Assembly: GCA_963802475.1 (NCBI GenBank)
Contig: CAWDIZ010000013.1
Span: 3,607 to 67,606 of the forward strand
Reading direction: 5' to 3'
Length of the DNA stretch: 64,000 nucleotides
Source: an uncultured Alphaproteobacteria bacterium
GTDB taxonomy: Bacteria > Pseudomonadota > Alphaproteobacteria > Rhizobiales > Xanthobacteraceae
A program made the translations under genes and the position numbers. Below, piece by piece: positions 11,287-22,956 of the stretch. Numbering within the stretch: the stretch's first letter is position 1; each line of letters begins with the position of its first letter. A model generated the notes under the pieces. That model was not told where the DNA came from. It worked only from the letters and a program-made list of their open reading frames with translations, and searched no databases.

Positions 11287-12921
11287 CTATTTTATGACCT
11301 GGTCTGATTTCTCGGACTTTCTCCTGAAAATTGTCAGTTCCGCCTCCGGCGGACGGATGACGAGGAGGAATGCGGCCGCGACGACGAGCCCCACCGGACT
11401 ATCCCCGGCGCGCACATACAGCGTCGGCTCGATCGGCTGCGGCAAAGCCGAATCCAGCACTCCCTCCGCACCGAGCGGCAGCGAACGAATGACGCGGCCG
11501 AGCGGATCCACCACCGCCGAGATGCCGGTATTGGCGACGCGCACAAGCGGCAGCCCTTCCTCGATCATGCGCACGCGCGCCTGGCGAAAATGCTGGTAAG
11601 GACCCGAGCTAATGCCGAACCAGCCATCGTTGGTGAGATTGAGCACCCAGCCCGGCCGGTCGTCGCGCGGCACCGCCTGCCCCGGGAAAATCACTTCGTA
11701 GCAAACGAGCGGCAGCATGCGCGGCGCGCGCGGCACCTCGTAGCTGCGGCGGCGATCGCCCGGCAAATATCCGCCCGCCACCTTGGTCAGCTGCTGCAGG
11801 CCGATCTGCTCGAGCAGAGTTTGCAGCGGCAAGTATTCGCCGAAGGGCACGAGATGCACCTTGTCGTGTACGGCGAGGATCGAGCCGTCGTGATCGATGA
11901 CATAGACCGAGTTATAGGCTTGCTCCGTTGGGGGCTTGTCGTCCGCAGGCCGCACCGCGCCGGTGATCAACACCGCGCCTTCGGGAAGCAAATCCGCGAT
12001 CTGCGCCATCGCGTCGGCTTCATGCGTCAGGAAAAAAGGGAAGGCCGCCTCCGGCCAGATCAGATGCGTCACGTCGCTCATGCCGGTCGATTGCGGCCCG
12101 GTCGATCGATCCGACAGCTTGACGTAATGGTCCATCACCTTCTGCTTCGCGGAATAGTTGAACTTGTCGTCCTGCGGGGTGTTCGGCTGCATCAGGCGTA
12201 GATGCACGCCGCTGACGAAGCTGGTTGGAGTTTCCGCCAGCCGGACTGCGCCGAAAATTCCCAGCACAACGAGGACAACGAAACTCGCCGCAAGCGGCAG
12301 CCACCGCCGCCGCGTATCCATCGGATCATCGGTGAGTGTCGCCGGACTGGCGAAAATGCCGACGGCCAAAAAAGTGAGTCCCCAGATCCCGAACAGAGAA
12401 GCGGCCTGCGCCAGCGCCAGTGGTCCGGTGAGCGCATAACCGTAGGTGTTCCAGGGAAAGCCCGTAAGAATATGGCCGCGCAGCCATTCGACCAGGGTGA
12501 GGGCGACCGCGAGTGCCAGAATGCGCGCCGGCCCCCGCGTCCACATCGCACGCGCCAGCGCGCAGCCCAGCGCGGTGAAAATCGCAAGCCCGGCGGGGAG
12601 CCCCGCCACGGCAACGGGCAGCAGCCAGCCGAAGGTTTCCGCGTCAACCAGGAAGGCGTAGCCCACCCAGTAAAGCCCGGCGAGGAAATAGCCGAAGCCG
12701 AACCACCAGCCGGTTGCTGCGGCGGTGAGGATTTCGCCCCTGCGGCCGGAGCTGGCGCCATCAATCAGCCAGACCAGAGCAGGAAAAGTGACGAACATCA
12801 CCGGCCAGAGATCGATCGGCGGCAAGGCCAGCACCGATAATGCGCCCACGACAAAGGCAATCGCCGCGCGCCGCCAGCCCCAAGCGAGGACAATGGAATG
12901 GGCCAGACGAGTGAAGCTCAC
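11287..12921 (-). CDS. lnt: apolipoprotein N-acyltransferase
   Basis: Intact 544-aa ORF with a multi-TM N-terminal half and a C-terminal nitrilase-like domain (LIWPEAAFPFF..VCYEVIFPG..NLTNDGWFG). Confidence 0.9.
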   Translation of the reverse strand: MSFTRLAHSIVLAWGWRRAAIAFVVGALSVLALPPIDLWPVMFVTFPALVWLIDGASSGRRGEILTAAATGWWFGFGYFLAGLYWVGYAFLVDAETFGWLLPVAVAGLPAGLAIFTALGCALARAMWTRGPARILALAVALTLVEWLRGHILTGFPWNTYGYALTGPLALAQAASLFGIWGLTFLAVGIFASPATLTDDPMDTRRRWLPLAASFVVLVVLGIFGAVRLAETPTSFVSGVHLRLMQPNTPQDDKFNYSAKQKVMDHYVKLSDRSTGPQSTGMSDVTHLIWPEAAFPFFLTHEADAMAQIADLLPEGAVLITGAVRPADDKPPTEQAYNSVYVIDHDGSILAVHDKVHLVPFGEYLPLQTLLEQIGLQQLTKVAGGYLPGDRRRSYEVPRAPRMLPLVCYEVIFPGQAVPRDDRPGWVLNLTNDGWFGISSGPYQHFRQARVRMIEEGLPLVRVANTGISAVVDPLGRVIRSLPLGAEGVLDSALPQPIEPTLYVRAGDSPVGLVVAAAFLLVIRPPEAELTIFRRKSEKSDQVIK

Positions 12922-14093
12922 GACCCGTGGGCGCCTTTTTTCGCTGGTGTGCCATCCCCGGCAGCGTCGGAATGGTCGACTGGGGTCGCCGGCGCATTCG
13001 CCACGCTGGTCGCGGCTTCGCGCCGCTTGCTCTCGCGACGGCTGCGCTCCAGTCGCCGCGCATTGACGTTGTAGATTCTCACGCGCTTGACGCGGCGCGG
13101 ATCGGCATCGAGCACCTCTATCTCAAACGGGCCCGGGCCGGGCACAACTTCTCCCCGCGACGGCACGCGTCCGGCCAGGGTTACGACGTAGCCGCTGAGC
13201 GTATCCACGTCGTCGGCTGCGTCGCCGACACCGAATTCCGTGCCTATCGCGGCGACGGCATCGTCGAGGCTGGCGCGTGCATCGGCGATGAAAGAACCGT
13301 CCGCCTGACGTTTTACCGAGGGCGCCTCGTCCTCATCGTGTTCGTCGGCGATGTCGCCTACGATCAGCTCGACGATGTCCTCCATCGAAACCAGGCCGTC
13401 GGTGCCCCCATATTCGTCGATCACCAAGGCGAGATGGATCCGCGTCAATTGCATCTTGGCCAACAAATCGATCGCAAGCATCGAGGGCGGCACGAATAAT
13501 AGGGTGCGCACGATATTGGTGGCGGAAAGCGGCAGCGACAGATCGACCTTTTTCAGATCGAGGCCTGCCGGCAGCGGCTTCTTGCGCATCGCATTGGCTT
13601 CCGGCTTCACGGCGGCACGCGCGGTCATGAAGGCGATGAGATCGCGGATGTGAACCATGCCGGCGGGATCGTCGAGCGTTTCGTTATAAACCACGAGGCG
13701 CGAGTGACCGGCGTTTTCGAACACCTTCACCAGGTCGCCGAGCGAGATATCCTGCTGCACGGCGATGATGTCGGCGCGCGGCAGCATGACATCCTCGATA
13801 CGGCGCTCGCGCAGCCCGAGGATGTTTTTGAGCAGCGCCTGCTCCTCCGGCGAGAAACCGGTTTCGTCGCCGGCGCCCTCCTCCAACACCTCTTCGAGTT
13901 CATCGCGGGTGGTGCCGGACTTCAGACCGAGCGCGCGCAGCAAACGATTGAGCAAGCTTTCGCCGTTCTCCGCCGTGTGCGCCGGCGCAGCCGGCGCATC
14001 GGTATTGCGCCGGCTGGACAATTCGCTGCGATCTGATGGATCGTTGTCGGACATAATTTCAGCCGGCGTCACGCGCCGCATAGGGATCCGCAA
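12918..14093 (-). CDS. HlyC/CorC-family protein with CBS pair and CorC_HlyC domains
   Basis: 391-aa ORF (LRERRIEDVMLPRADIIAV..VVYNETLDDPAGMVHIRDL..VIDEYGGTDGLVSMEDIVELIVGDIADEHD). It has a 4-nt overlap with lnt and lies in the lnt-corC-ybeY-phoH-miaB block. Confidence 0.85.
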   Translation of the reverse strand: MRIPMRRVTPAEIMSDNDPSDRSELSSRRNTDAPAAPAHTAENGESLLNRLLRALGLKSGTTRDELEEVLEEGAGDETGFSPEEQALLKNILGLRERRIEDVMLPRADIIAVQQDISLGDLVKVFENAGHSRLVVYNETLDDPAGMVHIRDLIAFMTARAAVKPEANAMRKKPLPAGLDLKKVDLSLPLSATNIVRTLLFVPPSMLAIDLLAKMQLTRIHLALVIDEYGGTDGLVSMEDIVELIVGDIADEHDEDEAPSVKRQADGSFIADARASLDDAVAAIGTEFGVGDAADDVDTLSGYVVTLAGRVPSRGEVVPGPGPFEIEVLDADPRRVKRVRIYNVNARRLERSRRESKRREAATSVANAPATPVDHSDAAGDGTPAKKGAHGS

Positions 14094-14572
14094 TATTCAT
14101 CCGTGCGAGGATCTGGCGTTCCAGCCGTTCCATTGCCTCGGCTTCGTCCTCCGCTTCGTGGTCGTAGCCGCGCAGATGCAGGAAGCCGTGCACGGTAAGA
14201 TGCGCGAGATAATGCAGAAACGGCGTGTCCTGCGCGAGCGCTTCGCGTTTGGCGGTTTCATAGGCGATCACGATGTCGCCGAGCAACGCGGGCGCGCCTT
14301 CGCCGCCAGCGCGATCCTTGGCGGGAAAAGAGAGCACATTGGTGGGCTTGTCGAGGCCGCGCCAGATCCGGTTGAGCGCATGAATTCGCGCATCATCGGT
14401 CAGGACGATAGCGAGTTCGGCATCCTTTGTTGACATGTCGATGGAGGCTTCCGCGACCGTCGCGCTGGAGCGTACTATCCACGTCCGGCTGCTCGTCCCA
14501 CAGCGGCAACTCGCGCACGATGTCGATGGAAGGCATGCGGGTGACCCGCTTGCGCGGCGCTGCGGCTGTCAT
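14059..14572 (-). pseudogene. ybeY: rRNA maturation endoribonuclease YbeY; one +1 frame break near 14450 as read
   Basis: ORF 14059..14436 carries the H-x3-H-x5-H zinc motif (HLTVHGFLHLRGYDH). The N-terminus ([37 protein letters not shown]) is in another frame, starting at ATG 14572 in an ATGA overlap with the phoH stop. Confidence 0.85.
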
Positions 14573-15618
14573 TCTCTGGCCTCGCGCCTGCGCGCCACCG
14601 CAGCACTTGCCTTGTCATAGGCATCGACAATGCGCGCCACCAATTCGTGGCGGACAACGTCCTCGGCGGTAAAGGTGGCGTGGCCGATGCCTTCGACGTC
14701 TTTGAGCAGCGCGACCGCCTCTGCGAGACCGGAGGTTTGTCCCGGCGGCAGATCGACCTGGCTCGGATCGCCGGTGACTACCATCCGGCTATTCTCGCCC
14801 AGCCGGGTCAAGAACATCTTCATTTGCATCGAAGTGGTGTTCTGCGCTTCGTCGAGAATGACCATGGCATTGGTCAGCGTGCGCCCGCGCATGAAGGCGA
14901 GCGGCGCGATCTCGATCTCGCCCGATTGCAGCGCGCGCTCGACGATGCGCTGATCCATCAGGTCGTACAGCGCGTCATAGATCGGGCGCAGATAGGGATC
15001 GACCTTTTCGCGCATATCGCCGGGCAGGAAGCCGAGCCGCTCGCCCGCTTCCACCGCCGGCCGCGACAGGATGATGCGGTCGACTTCCTTGCGCTCGAAC
15101 AATTGCACAGCCTGCGCCACCGCCAGCCAGGTCTTGCCAGTGCCGGCGGGACCGGTGCCGAAGACCAGCGCATGGCGCCGCAATGCGCGGATATAGGCGT
15201 CCTGTGCCGCGGTGCGCGCGCGTACCGGGCGCTTGCGCAAATTCAGTTCCTCGAAATTCGGCCGCGCCGCGGAGGCGTCGAAATCAAATAACGAGCCTTG
15301 CGCGATGGCGAGGCGGATCGCGCCCTCGACATCACCGGCGGCGAGATCGTGCCCGCGCTTGAGGTTTTCATAAAGGCCTTCCAGCACGCGCCGCGCCTGC
15401 TCGCAGGCTTCTCGCGTACCTTCGATCGTGACGTGATTGCCACGTGAATCGGCGACGACGCCGAGCCGTCGCTCAATCAGCGCGAGGTTCTGCCCATATT
15501 GGCCGAACAGTGCCGAGGCGAGCCGGTTGTCTTCAAAGGCCAGCACGATCTGCGTCGGCGCGCTGCCCTCGGTCTCGGGCAGGATCGATCCGTTGGTGGG
15601 CTCGAAGCTGCGCATCAA
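14569..15618 (-). CDS. phoH: PhoH-like ATPase (YbeZ)
   Basis: Intact 349-aa ORF with Walker A GPAGTGKT and LDEAQN, sitting between miaB and ybeY. Confidence 0.92.
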   Translation of the reverse strand: MMRSFEPTNGSILPETEGSAPTQIVLAFEDNRLASALFGQYGQNLALIERRLGVVADSRGNHVTIEGTREACEQARRVLEGLYENLKRGHDLAAGDVEGAIRLAIAQGSLFDFDASAARPNFEELNLRKRPVRARTAAQDAYIRALRRHALVFGTGPAGTGKTWLAVAQAVQLFERKEVDRIILSRPAVEAGERLGFLPGDMREKVDPYLRPIYDALYDLMDQRIVERALQSGEIEIAPLAFMRGRTLTNAMVILDEAQNTTSMQMKMFLTRLGENSRMVVTGDPSQVDLPPGQTSGLAEAVALLKDVEGIGHATFTAEDVVRHELVARIVDAYDKASAAVARRREARE

Positions 15619-17009
15619 ACTTCCGCGTTTACCAACGCCGCCCGCGGATCCGCCGGCGCGTTTTCCACCAGCTCTCCGAAGAGGCTGTAGCGGTCGATAT
15701 CATGGATGTTCACGCGGCGAATTTCTCCAATCAGCGCCATCGATGCTGCAACATGCACAGGCTGTAAATATGGGGATCGGCCGACCAGCTGGCCAGGATA
15801 TTTGCCAGCCTTTTCAAATAATACGTCGAAGCTTGCACCGACCGCGCGCCGGTTGAAGGCGTCCTGCTGGGCGTCGATCGCGGCCTGCAGCCACGCGAGC
15901 CGCTCGATCTGCACCGCCTCCGGCACGGTATCGGCCATTTCCGCGGCCGGCGTTCCCGGCCGCGCCGAATATCTGAAGGAATAGGCCGCGGCGAAGCCGA
16001 CCTCGTCCACCAGCGCAAGCGTGGCGGCGAAATCTTCATCGCTTTCTCTCGGAAAGCCGACGATGAAGTCGGAAGAAAAAGCGATCTCCGGCTGCGCGGC
16101 GCGCAGGCGGTCCAGCGCGCGCAGATAATCAGCGCGTGTGTGGCGGCGATTCATCGCGGCGAGAATGCGGTCGGATCCGGATTGCACCGGCAGATGCAGG
16201 AAAGGCATCAGCGCCGGCAGATCGCGATGCGCCGCGATCAAACTGTCGTCGACATCGCAAGGATGACTCGTGGTGTAGCGCAGGCGCGCAATGCCGGGCA
16301 CTTCCGCGAGCCGCTGCAACAGGCGCCCGAGCGTGAAAGCGCCGCCGCCGGGACCTTCGCCATGATAGGCGTTCACGTTCTGCCCGAGCAGCGTGATCTC
16401 ACGCACGCCGGCATCGGCCAGCCGCTCGACTTCGGCCAGGATCTTGCTGACCGGCCGCGAAATCTCCGCGCCGCGGGTGTAAGGCACCACGCAGAAGGTG
16501 CAGAATTTGTCGCAACCTTCCTGCACGGTGACGAAGGCAGAAACGCCGCGCGCAAGCATGGCGGCGCGGCTTGCCGGCGCGACGAAATCGAATTTGTCTT
16601 CAGCCGGAAATTCGGTATCGACGACCTTTTCGCCCGCTTCCGCGCGCGCCAGAAAATCCGGCAGGCGATGATAATTCTGCGAGCCGACGACGAGATCGAC
16701 CACGGGCGCGCGCCGCATGATCTCCTGGCCTTCCGCCTGCGCGACACAGCCTGCCACCGCGATCCGCATCTGCCGGCCGTCGGCGGCGGCTGCTTCCTTC
16801 ATTTTGCGGATGCGGCCGAGCTCGGAATAGACCTTCTCAGCGGCCTTTTCGCGGATGTGACAGGTATTCAGGACGACGAGATCAGCTTCTTCGGGTCGCG
16901 CACACTCGACAAAGCCCTGCGGCGCCAGCGTGTCCGCCATACGATGCGAATCGTAGACGTTCATCTGGCAACCATAGGACTTGATATAGAGCTTGCGAGG
17001 TCCGCTCAT
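15615..17009 (-). CDS. miaB: tRNA-i6A37 methylthiotransferase MiaB
   Basis: Intact 464-aa ORF with the N-terminal [15 protein letters not shown] cluster, the radical-SAM motif CDKFCTFC and a C-terminal TRAM region. Confidence 0.95.
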   Translation of the reverse strand: MSGPRKLYIKSYGCQMNVYDSHRMADTLAPQGFVECARPEEADLVVLNTCHIREKAAEKVYSELGRIRKMKEAAAADGRQMRIAVAGCVAQAEGQEIMRRAPVVDLVVGSQNYHRLPDFLARAEAGEKVVDTEFPAEDKFDFVAPASRAAMLARGVSAFVTVQEGCDKFCTFCVVPYTRGAEISRPVSKILAEVERLADAGVREITLLGQNVNAYHGEGPGGGAFTLGRLLQRLAEVPGIARLRYTTSHPCDVDDSLIAAHRDLPALMPFLHLPVQSGSDRILAAMNRRHTRADYLRALDRLRAAQPEIAFSSDFIVGFPRESDEDFAATLALVDEVGFAAAYSFRYSARPGTPAAEMADTVPEAVQIERLAWLQAAIDAQQDAFNRRAVGASFDVLFEKAGKYPGQLVGRSPYLQPVHVAASMALIGEIRRVNIHDIDRYSLFGELVENAPADPRAALVNAEV

Positions 17010-17189
17010 GCCGGTCGTTATGTCGATCCGCGGGCCCTCGGGCCGATCCTTAAGCTGTTACGATAACTGGTGAATCCCGAGCCGTCCGCACCCGGGCGTC
17101 CGGATTCCCTTCTTTTAGCGGTTTTTCCGGCAAAAAGGAATGCCGCTGCCGCAAGGCCGCCGTGCAGGCCCGGACCGGCACATTTGGCG

Positions 17190-17642
17190 TCAGCGCCGGC
17201 TTTTTTCGTCGCCGAGCGGCATGGCATAAAGCTCAAGGCGATGATCGACCAGGCGATAGCCAAGCTTGCGCGCGATCTCCGCCTGCAACCGCTCGATTTC
17301 CTCCGACTGGAATTCGATCACTTCGCCGTTGCGCAGGTTGATCAGATGATCGTGATGCGACTCCGGCATCTGCTCATAGCGCGAGCGGCCGTCGCGGAAG
17401 TCATGCCGCTCGATGATGCCGGCGTCTTCGAACAGCTTGACCGTGCGATAGACCGTCGAGATCGAAATGCGGTCGTCGATCTTCACGCTTCGCCGATACA
17501 ATTCCTCGACGTCCGGATGATCCTCGGAGGCGCCCAAGACGCGCGCAATGACGCGTCGCTGTTCGGTCATCCGCATGCCTTTGGCGGCGCACTGGGCTTC
17601 AATATCGGTTTGTTTGGGCACGTTCGGAAGCCTCTTGGTCAC
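17190..17642 (-). CDS. fur: Fur-family metalloregulator
   Basis: 150-aa ORF (MRMTEQRRVIARVL..ISISTVYRTVKLFEDAGIIERHDF..HHDHLINLRNGEVIEF). The winged-helix plus HHDH metal-site pattern is typical of Fur/Mur. Metal specificity is not determinable from sequence. Confidence 0.85.
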   Translation of the reverse strand: MTKRLPNVPKQTDIEAQCAAKGMRMTEQRRVIARVLGASEDHPDVEELYRRSVKIDDRISISTVYRTVKLFEDAGIIERHDFRDGRSRYEQMPESHHDHLINLRNGEVIEFQSEEIERLQAEIARKLGYRLVDHRLELYAMPLGDEKSRR

Positions 17643-17692
17643 CCCCGGGGCATAGCATAGGATTCACCGCCGGAAAGCGTCCATTCCCCTCT

Positions 17693-18176
17693 TCACTCAA
17701 AGTCGCGACGCAGCACCAGCGCGGCGGTTTGTCGCCCGGCGTCGTCCTGATAATAGGCCTGCCGCCGCGATACCTCTTCGAAGCCGGCGCGGGTATAGAG
17801 CCGGATGGCGGGCACGTTGTCCTCGCCGACTTCCAGGAACACCGTGCGCATGCCGAGACCCGCCAGGCGGCGCAGATGCAGATGCAGCAGCCGGCCGGCC
17901 AGACCGCGGCCCTGCGCAGAAGCAGCGACAGCCACCGACAGGATTTCGGATTCATCCGCCGCCATGCGGCTGATGATGAAGCCGGCCAGTCTGCTACCCT
18001 GCATGGCGCGATGCGCGAGCACCGCTTGGTCGCCGAGCATGGAGCGGAATTCGTCTTCGCTCCAGCCGCGCCGGAAGGATGCTGCATGCAACGCGGCCAT
18101 GGCTGGCGGCATCTCGTGGCCGCGCCTCCGACAGGACCGGCTCGGGGCGGAAGAAAAATCGCCAAATGAATCCCAT
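17693..18176 (-). pseudogene. rimI: ribosomal-protein-alanine N-acetyltransferase RimI (GNAT); one +1 frame break near 18105 as read
   Basis: ORF 17693..18112 holds the GNAT core (AGFIISRMAADESEILSVAVAASAQGRGLAGRLL..LEVGEDNVPAIRLYTRAGF). The N-terminus MGFIWRFFFRPEPVLSEA is in the frame of ORF 17994..18434 and starts at 18176, overlapping the tsaB stop. Confidence 0.75.
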
Positions 18177-18858
18177 CAGCGGCGCGCCAATCGCGAAGCA
18201 TCCTGCGGCTGCGCGTCCGGTGCCCGCAGATAGAGCGGCTTCGGCGGCGCAGTGGCCGACGGCGGCCGCGCCAAGCCGCGCCACCCAGTCGATGTCCGCG
18301 GCAGGATGCGTCTCCACCAGCGCCGGAGCCGGAACATCCGCCGGCCAGGCCGCGGCAACAGCATCGGCGGCCGAGCCGACGATGCGCACGGGCCGCGCTG
18401 ACGCGAGCTCGCACTGCCTCGTGGATTGGAGCAATGCGCGGCGTCATCAGCGTGCGCCCGCCGACGCCGAAAACTTGCAGATAGACCTGATCGTGGCGTG
18501 CATCGATCACGACCACCACCGGAACGCTGTCGTCTTTCGCGATCAGCGGCGCGGCGTAAGCGGCCAGCGTGGAAAGTCCGACCGACGGCTTGTCAGCGGC
18601 GAGCGCAATGCCGCGCGCCGCGGCGATGCCCACCCGCAGGCCGGTGAAGCTGCCGGGCCCGATGGTGACGGCGATACGGTCGAGTTCGGAAAACTCCAGC
18701 GCGGCGGCGTCCATCACCCGCGCGATCAGCGGCATCAGCGCTTCGGCATGGCCGCGGATCATCGGCACGGATTCGCGCGCGCGCAGGTCGGGCCGCTCGG
18801 TGTCGAGAACCGCGGTGGCGCAGACAGCTAAGGCGGTGTCGATGGCAAGGACGCGCAT
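18176..18858 (-). pseudogene. tsaB: tRNA t6A37 modification protein TsaB (YeaZ); two frame breaks as read
   Basis: MRVLAIDTALAVCATAVLD..RGHAEALMPLIARVM..IAVTIGPGSFTGLRVGIAAARGIALA is in the ORF 17599..18912 frame. The sequence continues in 17994..18434 (PVRIVGSAADAVAAAWP..IDWVARLG) and ends in 18176..18364 (PKPLYLRAPDAQP). Confidence 0.8.
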
Positions 18859-18942
18859 GCGGCAGCCATCATGCGCGAAAGCGCACGAGCCAGTAAACAT
18901 GCTCGCACGCAATTACCTCGGGAAGCTGAATAGCCGAAGGTA

Positions 18943-19506
18943 TTAGGTCGGCCGGACCTCGACCACCGTTGGGACGAAATGTTTCAGCAGGTTCTGGATG
19001 CCGTGCTTGAGCGTGGCGGTGGAGGACGGGCAACCCGAGCAGGAGCCCTTCATGTCGAGATAGACAATGCCGTCCTTGAAGCCGCGGAACGTGATGTCGC
19101 CGCCATCATTGGCCACCGCCGGACGCACCCGGGTCTCGATCAATTCCTTGATGGTCGCCACGGTATCGGCATCGGCCGCATCGAAGAATTCATCCTTGCC
19201 TTCCGGAGCATTCGCCGCTTCCGCTTCCTTGAGGAGCGGCGTGCCGGACATGAAATGCTCCATGATCGCGCCCAGGATGGCGGGCTTGAGCTGCTGCCAC
19301 TCGCCCGCGTTCTTGCTGACGGTGATGAAGTCCGAGCCGAAGAACACGCCGGTCACGCCGGGAATATCGAACAGCCGCTCCGCCAGCGCCGATTTCGCAG
19401 CGCTCGCCCGATCGGGCATGTCGAGGGTGCCGGAGGCAAGCACGCTGCGCCCCGGAAGGAATTTCAACGTCGCCGGATTGGGCGTCGTCTCGGTCTGGAT
19501 GAACAT
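18943..19506 (-). CDS. NifU/Nfu-family Fe-S cluster scaffold or carrier protein
   Basis: 187-aa ORF with an Nfu_N-like N-terminus (MFIQTETTPNPATLKFLPG) and a C-terminal NifU domain with the CSGCPSS motif. Confidence 0.85.
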   Translation of the reverse strand: MFIQTETTPNPATLKFLPGRSVLASGTLDMPDRASAAKSALAERLFDIPGVTGVFFGSDFITVSKNAGEWQQLKPAILGAIMEHFMSGTPLLKEAEAANAPEGKDEFFDAADADTVATIKELIETRVRPAVANDGGDITFRGFKDGIVYLDMKGSCSGCPSSTATLKHGIQNLLKHFVPTVVEVRPT

Positions 19507-19607
19507 GGCCGGCTCCTGGCTCGCGCGGGCTCAAAGCCCGCTGGCTCACTCCTATGGCAATTAAATGGGCCGTTTGCGGGGCAGCATTCAAGCGCCTTTG
19601 CCGCGCA

Positions 19608-20123
19608 CTAGGACATCGCGTCCAATTCTTCGTCGGCGAGGTGGCCGGGCACGACCGCGATCGGGATCGGGAATGTGCCCGCTATCTTGCCCAGGCTCGC
19701 AACCAGGGGGCCGGGGCCCTCCTTGCCGGTGCCGGCGGCGAGCACCAGGATCGCGATATCCTCGTCCTCATCGATCAGCTTCAGGATCTGCTCGGAGCGG
19801 TCGCCTTCGCGAATCACGCGCTCGGGCGTGATGCCGGCGGCGCCATTGGCGCGCGCAGCGGCACGATCCAGCGCCGCATTCGCCTCCTCCAGCGCCTCGG
19901 CCTTCATGATGTCGGCGACGCCGAGCCACTGCTGGTTGCGGTCTGCGGTCTCGATCACCCGCAACAGCACCACTGCGCCGCCGATGCGCGCCGCGCGCCG
20001 GCTGGCGAAATAAATAGCGCGGTCGCATTCCTCGGTGTCGTCCACCACGACCAGCCATTTCGGCTTGTGGCCTGCCTCATAGCTGCGGCGCTTTCGGCTC
20101 ATCTTGTCATCCTCGACGGGCAA
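19608..20123 (-). CDS. universal stress protein (UspA family)
   Basis: 171-aa ORF (WLVVVDDTEECDRAIYFASRRAARIGGAVVLLRVIE..ILVLAAGTGKEGPGPLV..IPIAVVPGHL). Confidence 0.75.
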   Translation of the reverse strand: MPVEDDKMSRKRRSYEAGHKPKWLVVVDDTEECDRAIYFASRRAARIGGAVVLLRVIETADRNQQWLGVADIMKAEALEEANAALDRAAARANGAAGITPERVIREGDRSEQILKLIDEDEDIAILVLAAGTGKEGPGPLVASLGKIAGTFPIPIAVVPGHLADEELDAMS

Positions 20124-20267
20124 AGACCGTCAATGTTCAACCATGATTGAAAGGTCGGGGCCGCCGAAGAGATAAGATTCCCTGTGCGCTGACAATGGTG
20201 GCACGGCGACCCGCTCGGCCACAAGCTGGTGATGTAAGAACTTCCAACCGGCGGCACCAGCCGCAGC

Positions 20268-21302
20268 TCAGCGCCGCACAAAGCCAACGATGTCTTTGAC
20301 CGATTTCATGGTTTCGGCCGCGAGCGCCTGCGCGCGCGCCGAGCCGTCGGCCAGCACCGAATCGATATAGCCGGGGTCCTGCACCAACCTTTTCATCTCG
20401 CTCCCGATCGGTCCCAGCTTGCTAACCGCAAGGTCAACCAAAGCTGTCTTAAATGTAGAAAATTGTCCGCCGCCGAATTGCTGCAGCACCGCGGCTTTGG
20501 TCGAGCCGTCGAGCGCGGCATAAATGCCCACTAGATTGTCGGCTTCCGGCCGCGGCTCGAGACCCTTTTCCTCGCTCGGCAGGGCTTCCGGGTCGGTCTT
20601 GGCCTTGCGGATCTTCTGCGCGACCGCGTCAGCGTCGTCGGTGAGATTGATGCGGGAATAGTCGGAAGCGTCAGATTTCGACATTTTCTTCGTGCCGTCG
20701 CGCAGCGACATCACGCGCGTGGCCGGGCCCTGGATCAACGGCTCCGGCTGCGGAAAAAATCCGCCGCTGAAGCCGTGCGTGCTGATCGAACCGGCAAAGT
20801 CGTTGTTGAATTTCTGCGCGATGTCACGCGCCAGTTCCAGATGCTGTTTCTGATCCTCGCCCACCGGAACATGGGTCGCCCGGTATACCAGGATGTCGGC
20901 AGCCATCAGCGTCGGATACGAATACAGACCGATAGAGGCGTTCTCGCGGTCCTTGCCGGCTTTCTCCTTGAACTGGGTCATGCGGTTGAGCCAGCCGAGG
21001 CGGGCCACGCAGTTGAACACCCAGGCAAGTTCCGCATGCTCGGCGACCTGGCTCTGATTGAAGACGATGTTTTTTTTCGGGTCGATGCCGCAGGCGATGA
21101 AGGCCGCGGTGACCTCACGCGTATTGCGCGGCAGTTCGGCGGGATCCTGCCATACCGTGATGGCATGGAGATCGACCACGCAATAGATGCAATCGTGGCG
21201 CTTTTGCAGATCGACAAATTTGACGATCGCGCCGAGGTAATTGCCGAGATGCAGATTCCCGGTCGGCTGCACGCCGGAAAAAACCAGTTCCTTGAACGCC
21301 AT
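20268..21302 (-). CDS. trpS: tryptophan--tRNA ligase
   Basis: Within ORF 20268..21533, start taken at [24 protein letters not shown] (HIGH-type motif). The KMSKS motif is present (GTKKMSKSD). Confidence 0.93.
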   Translation of the reverse strand: MAFKELVFSGVQPTGNLHLGNYLGAIVKFVDLQKRHDCIYCVVDLHAITVWQDPAELPRNTREVTAAFIACGIDPKKNIVFNQSQVAEHAELAWVFNCVARLGWLNRMTQFKEKAGKDRENASIGLYSYPTLMAADILVYRATHVPVGEDQKQHLELARDIAQKFNNDFAGSISTHGFSGGFFPQPEPLIQGPATRVMSLRDGTKKMSKSDASDYSRINLTDDADAVAQKIRKAKTDPEALPSEEKGLEPRPEADNLVGIYAALDGSTKAAVLQQFGGGQFSTFKTALVDLAVSKLGPIGSEMKRLVQDPGYIDSVLADGSARAQALAAETMKSVKDIVGFVRR

Positions 21303-21385
21303 CGCGGCAGCCCTCTTGCTCGTTGCCTGCGTGATGCCACGGTGGCGGCGGCCGGCGCAAGGGGCGTATCGGCTGCATGGGAAGC

Positions 21386-22945
21386 CTAAGCGACGCGGCG
21401 CGTTGCCCTCAACAGGTCGTGCAGCCGCGCGACGCCCAAGCGGTGCAGCAATGCGGTATAGACCCCGAGCCCGGTGCAGATCAGCGCGCCCAGAGCAATC
21501 AGACGCGCCAGATTGGACGAGCCATCGAGCCACGGCGCCAATGCCATCTGCAAAGCCGCGATCGCGATCCCCATGACGCCGGTCGCAATGACAATCCGCG
21601 GCAACCGGTAGCGGGCATCGTCATCAAGCGAAAATCCGATCCGCCGCGCGATGATGATGCCAAGCACCCCGGCTGCAACCCAGCCCGAAAACCCTGTCGC
21701 AATCGCCACGCCGAGATGCCCCAGGCCCGGCAGCAACAACACGCTACCGAACAGCGCCACCGCAAAGCCGACGAGCGCGGCATACATCGGCGTCGCGGTG
21801 TCTTCGCGGGCGAAGAAAATCGGCGAAAAAGCCTTGACCAGCACATGGCCTGGTAGGCCGAGCGCCAGCGCACTCAGCGCCACCGCGGTCGCCTCGGTAT
21901 CAAGGGCGGTGAAAGCGCCGCGCTCGAACAGGACCGCAACAATGGGCTTGGCCAGCACCGCCAGCGCAACCGCAGCCGGCAATGCCAGGAACAGCGCAAT
22001 CTCGAGCCCGCGGGATTCCGCCGCCGCCAGCTCGTTGCGGTCGCCGCTGCGCAAAGCATGGGCGAAGGCCGGCACCAGCACCGTGCCGATCGCCATGCCG
22101 ACAATGCCAAGCGGCAACTCGACCAGGCGATTGGCGTAATAGAGCCAGGAGACCGCACTGGGCGAGGCAGATGCCACCATGACTGCTGCGATAATGGTGA
22201 TCTGCGGAATCCCGCTGGCTACCAGGCCCGGAATGGCCAATGCCATAAAGCGCCGCATCGGAGCGCCAAATGACACGCCAAGCGGCGTCACTCGCTCCCG
22301 CCCGATCCAGACAGCAATGCCGACGAGCACAAGCTGGGCGAACCCGGCGATGGCGACGCTGAAGGCGACGATACGGCCGGACAGCGTGCTGTCGCCGGAC
22401 TGCAGCAGGAAGATCACGCCCAGAGCCGCGAGCATGGTGGCGTTGAAGGCTGCGGTAGCCAATGCCGCGAATGCAAAACGATGATTGGCGTTCAACACGC
22501 CCATGAGCACGGCCAACGGACCCGCCAGCGCCAGATAAGGCAGCATCAGGCGTGCCAACTCCACGGCGATGGTCATACGCGGGCCGCCGAAACCGAAACC
22601 CGGTGCGAAGATGGTCACGAGGACGGGCATGGCGAGCGCAAGCAGGAGCGCCAGTCCGGTCAGCGCGAGGGCGAGCGTGCCGATGAGCTGCCCGGCATAA
22701 GCGCCGGCGGCGGTCTCACCGCCCTGATCACGCGCACGCAGATAGAGCGGCACGACCGCGGCATTCATCGCGCCTTCTGCGAGCAAGCGGCGGACGAGAT
22801 TTGCGAACTGAAAGGCAACGAAGAACGCATCCGCCCGCACGCCCGCTCCGAACACGGCGGCAATCATCATGTCGCGGCCAAAGCCGAGAATGCGGGACAA
22901 GAAGGTTATACCGCCTACCGTCGCAACGTTGCGAGCAAGTGACAT
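21386..22945 (-). CDS. murJ: lipid II flippase MurJ (MviN)
   Basis: Within ORF 21386..23008, start at [35 protein letters not shown]. The protein is polytopic over its whole length. Confidence 0.9.
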   Translation of the reverse strand: MSLARNVATVGGITFLSRILGFGRDMMIAAVFGAGVRADAFFVAFQFANLVRRLLAEGAMNAAVVPLYLRARDQGGETAAGAYAGQLIGTLALALTGLALLLALAMPVLVTIFAPGFGFGGPRMTIAVELARLMLPYLALAGPLAVLMGVLNANHRFAFAALATAAFNATMLAALGVIFLLQSGDSTLSGRIVAFSVAIAGFAQLVLVGIAVWIGRERVTPLGVSFGAPMRRFMALAIPGLVASGIPQITIIAAVMVASASPSAVSWLYYANRLVELPLGIVGMAIGTVLVPAFAHALRSGDRNELAAAESRGLEIALFLALPAAVALAVLAKPIVAVLFERGAFTALDTEATAVALSALALGLPGHVLVKAFSPIFFAREDTATPMYAALVGFAVALFGSVLLLPGLGHLGVAIATGFSGWVAAGVLGIIIARRIGFSLDDDARYRLPRIVIATGVMGIAIAALQMALAPWLDGSSNLARLIALGALICTGLGVYTALLHRLGVARLHDLLRATRRVA

Positions 22946-22956
22946 GCTGCTTCCCC

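Noticed and set aside
17599-18912. 437-aa ORF that looks like one large protein; similarly the 603-aa ORF 30161..31972 and the 400-aa ORF 29515..30717
   Set aside because: These are chimeras created by frame breaks. 17599..18912 has only about 150 aa of real TsaB followed by out-of-frame rimI and fur. 30161..31972 joins out-of-frame dnaN to the recF N-terminus. 29515..30717 joins the recF C-terminus to the spacer ORF.
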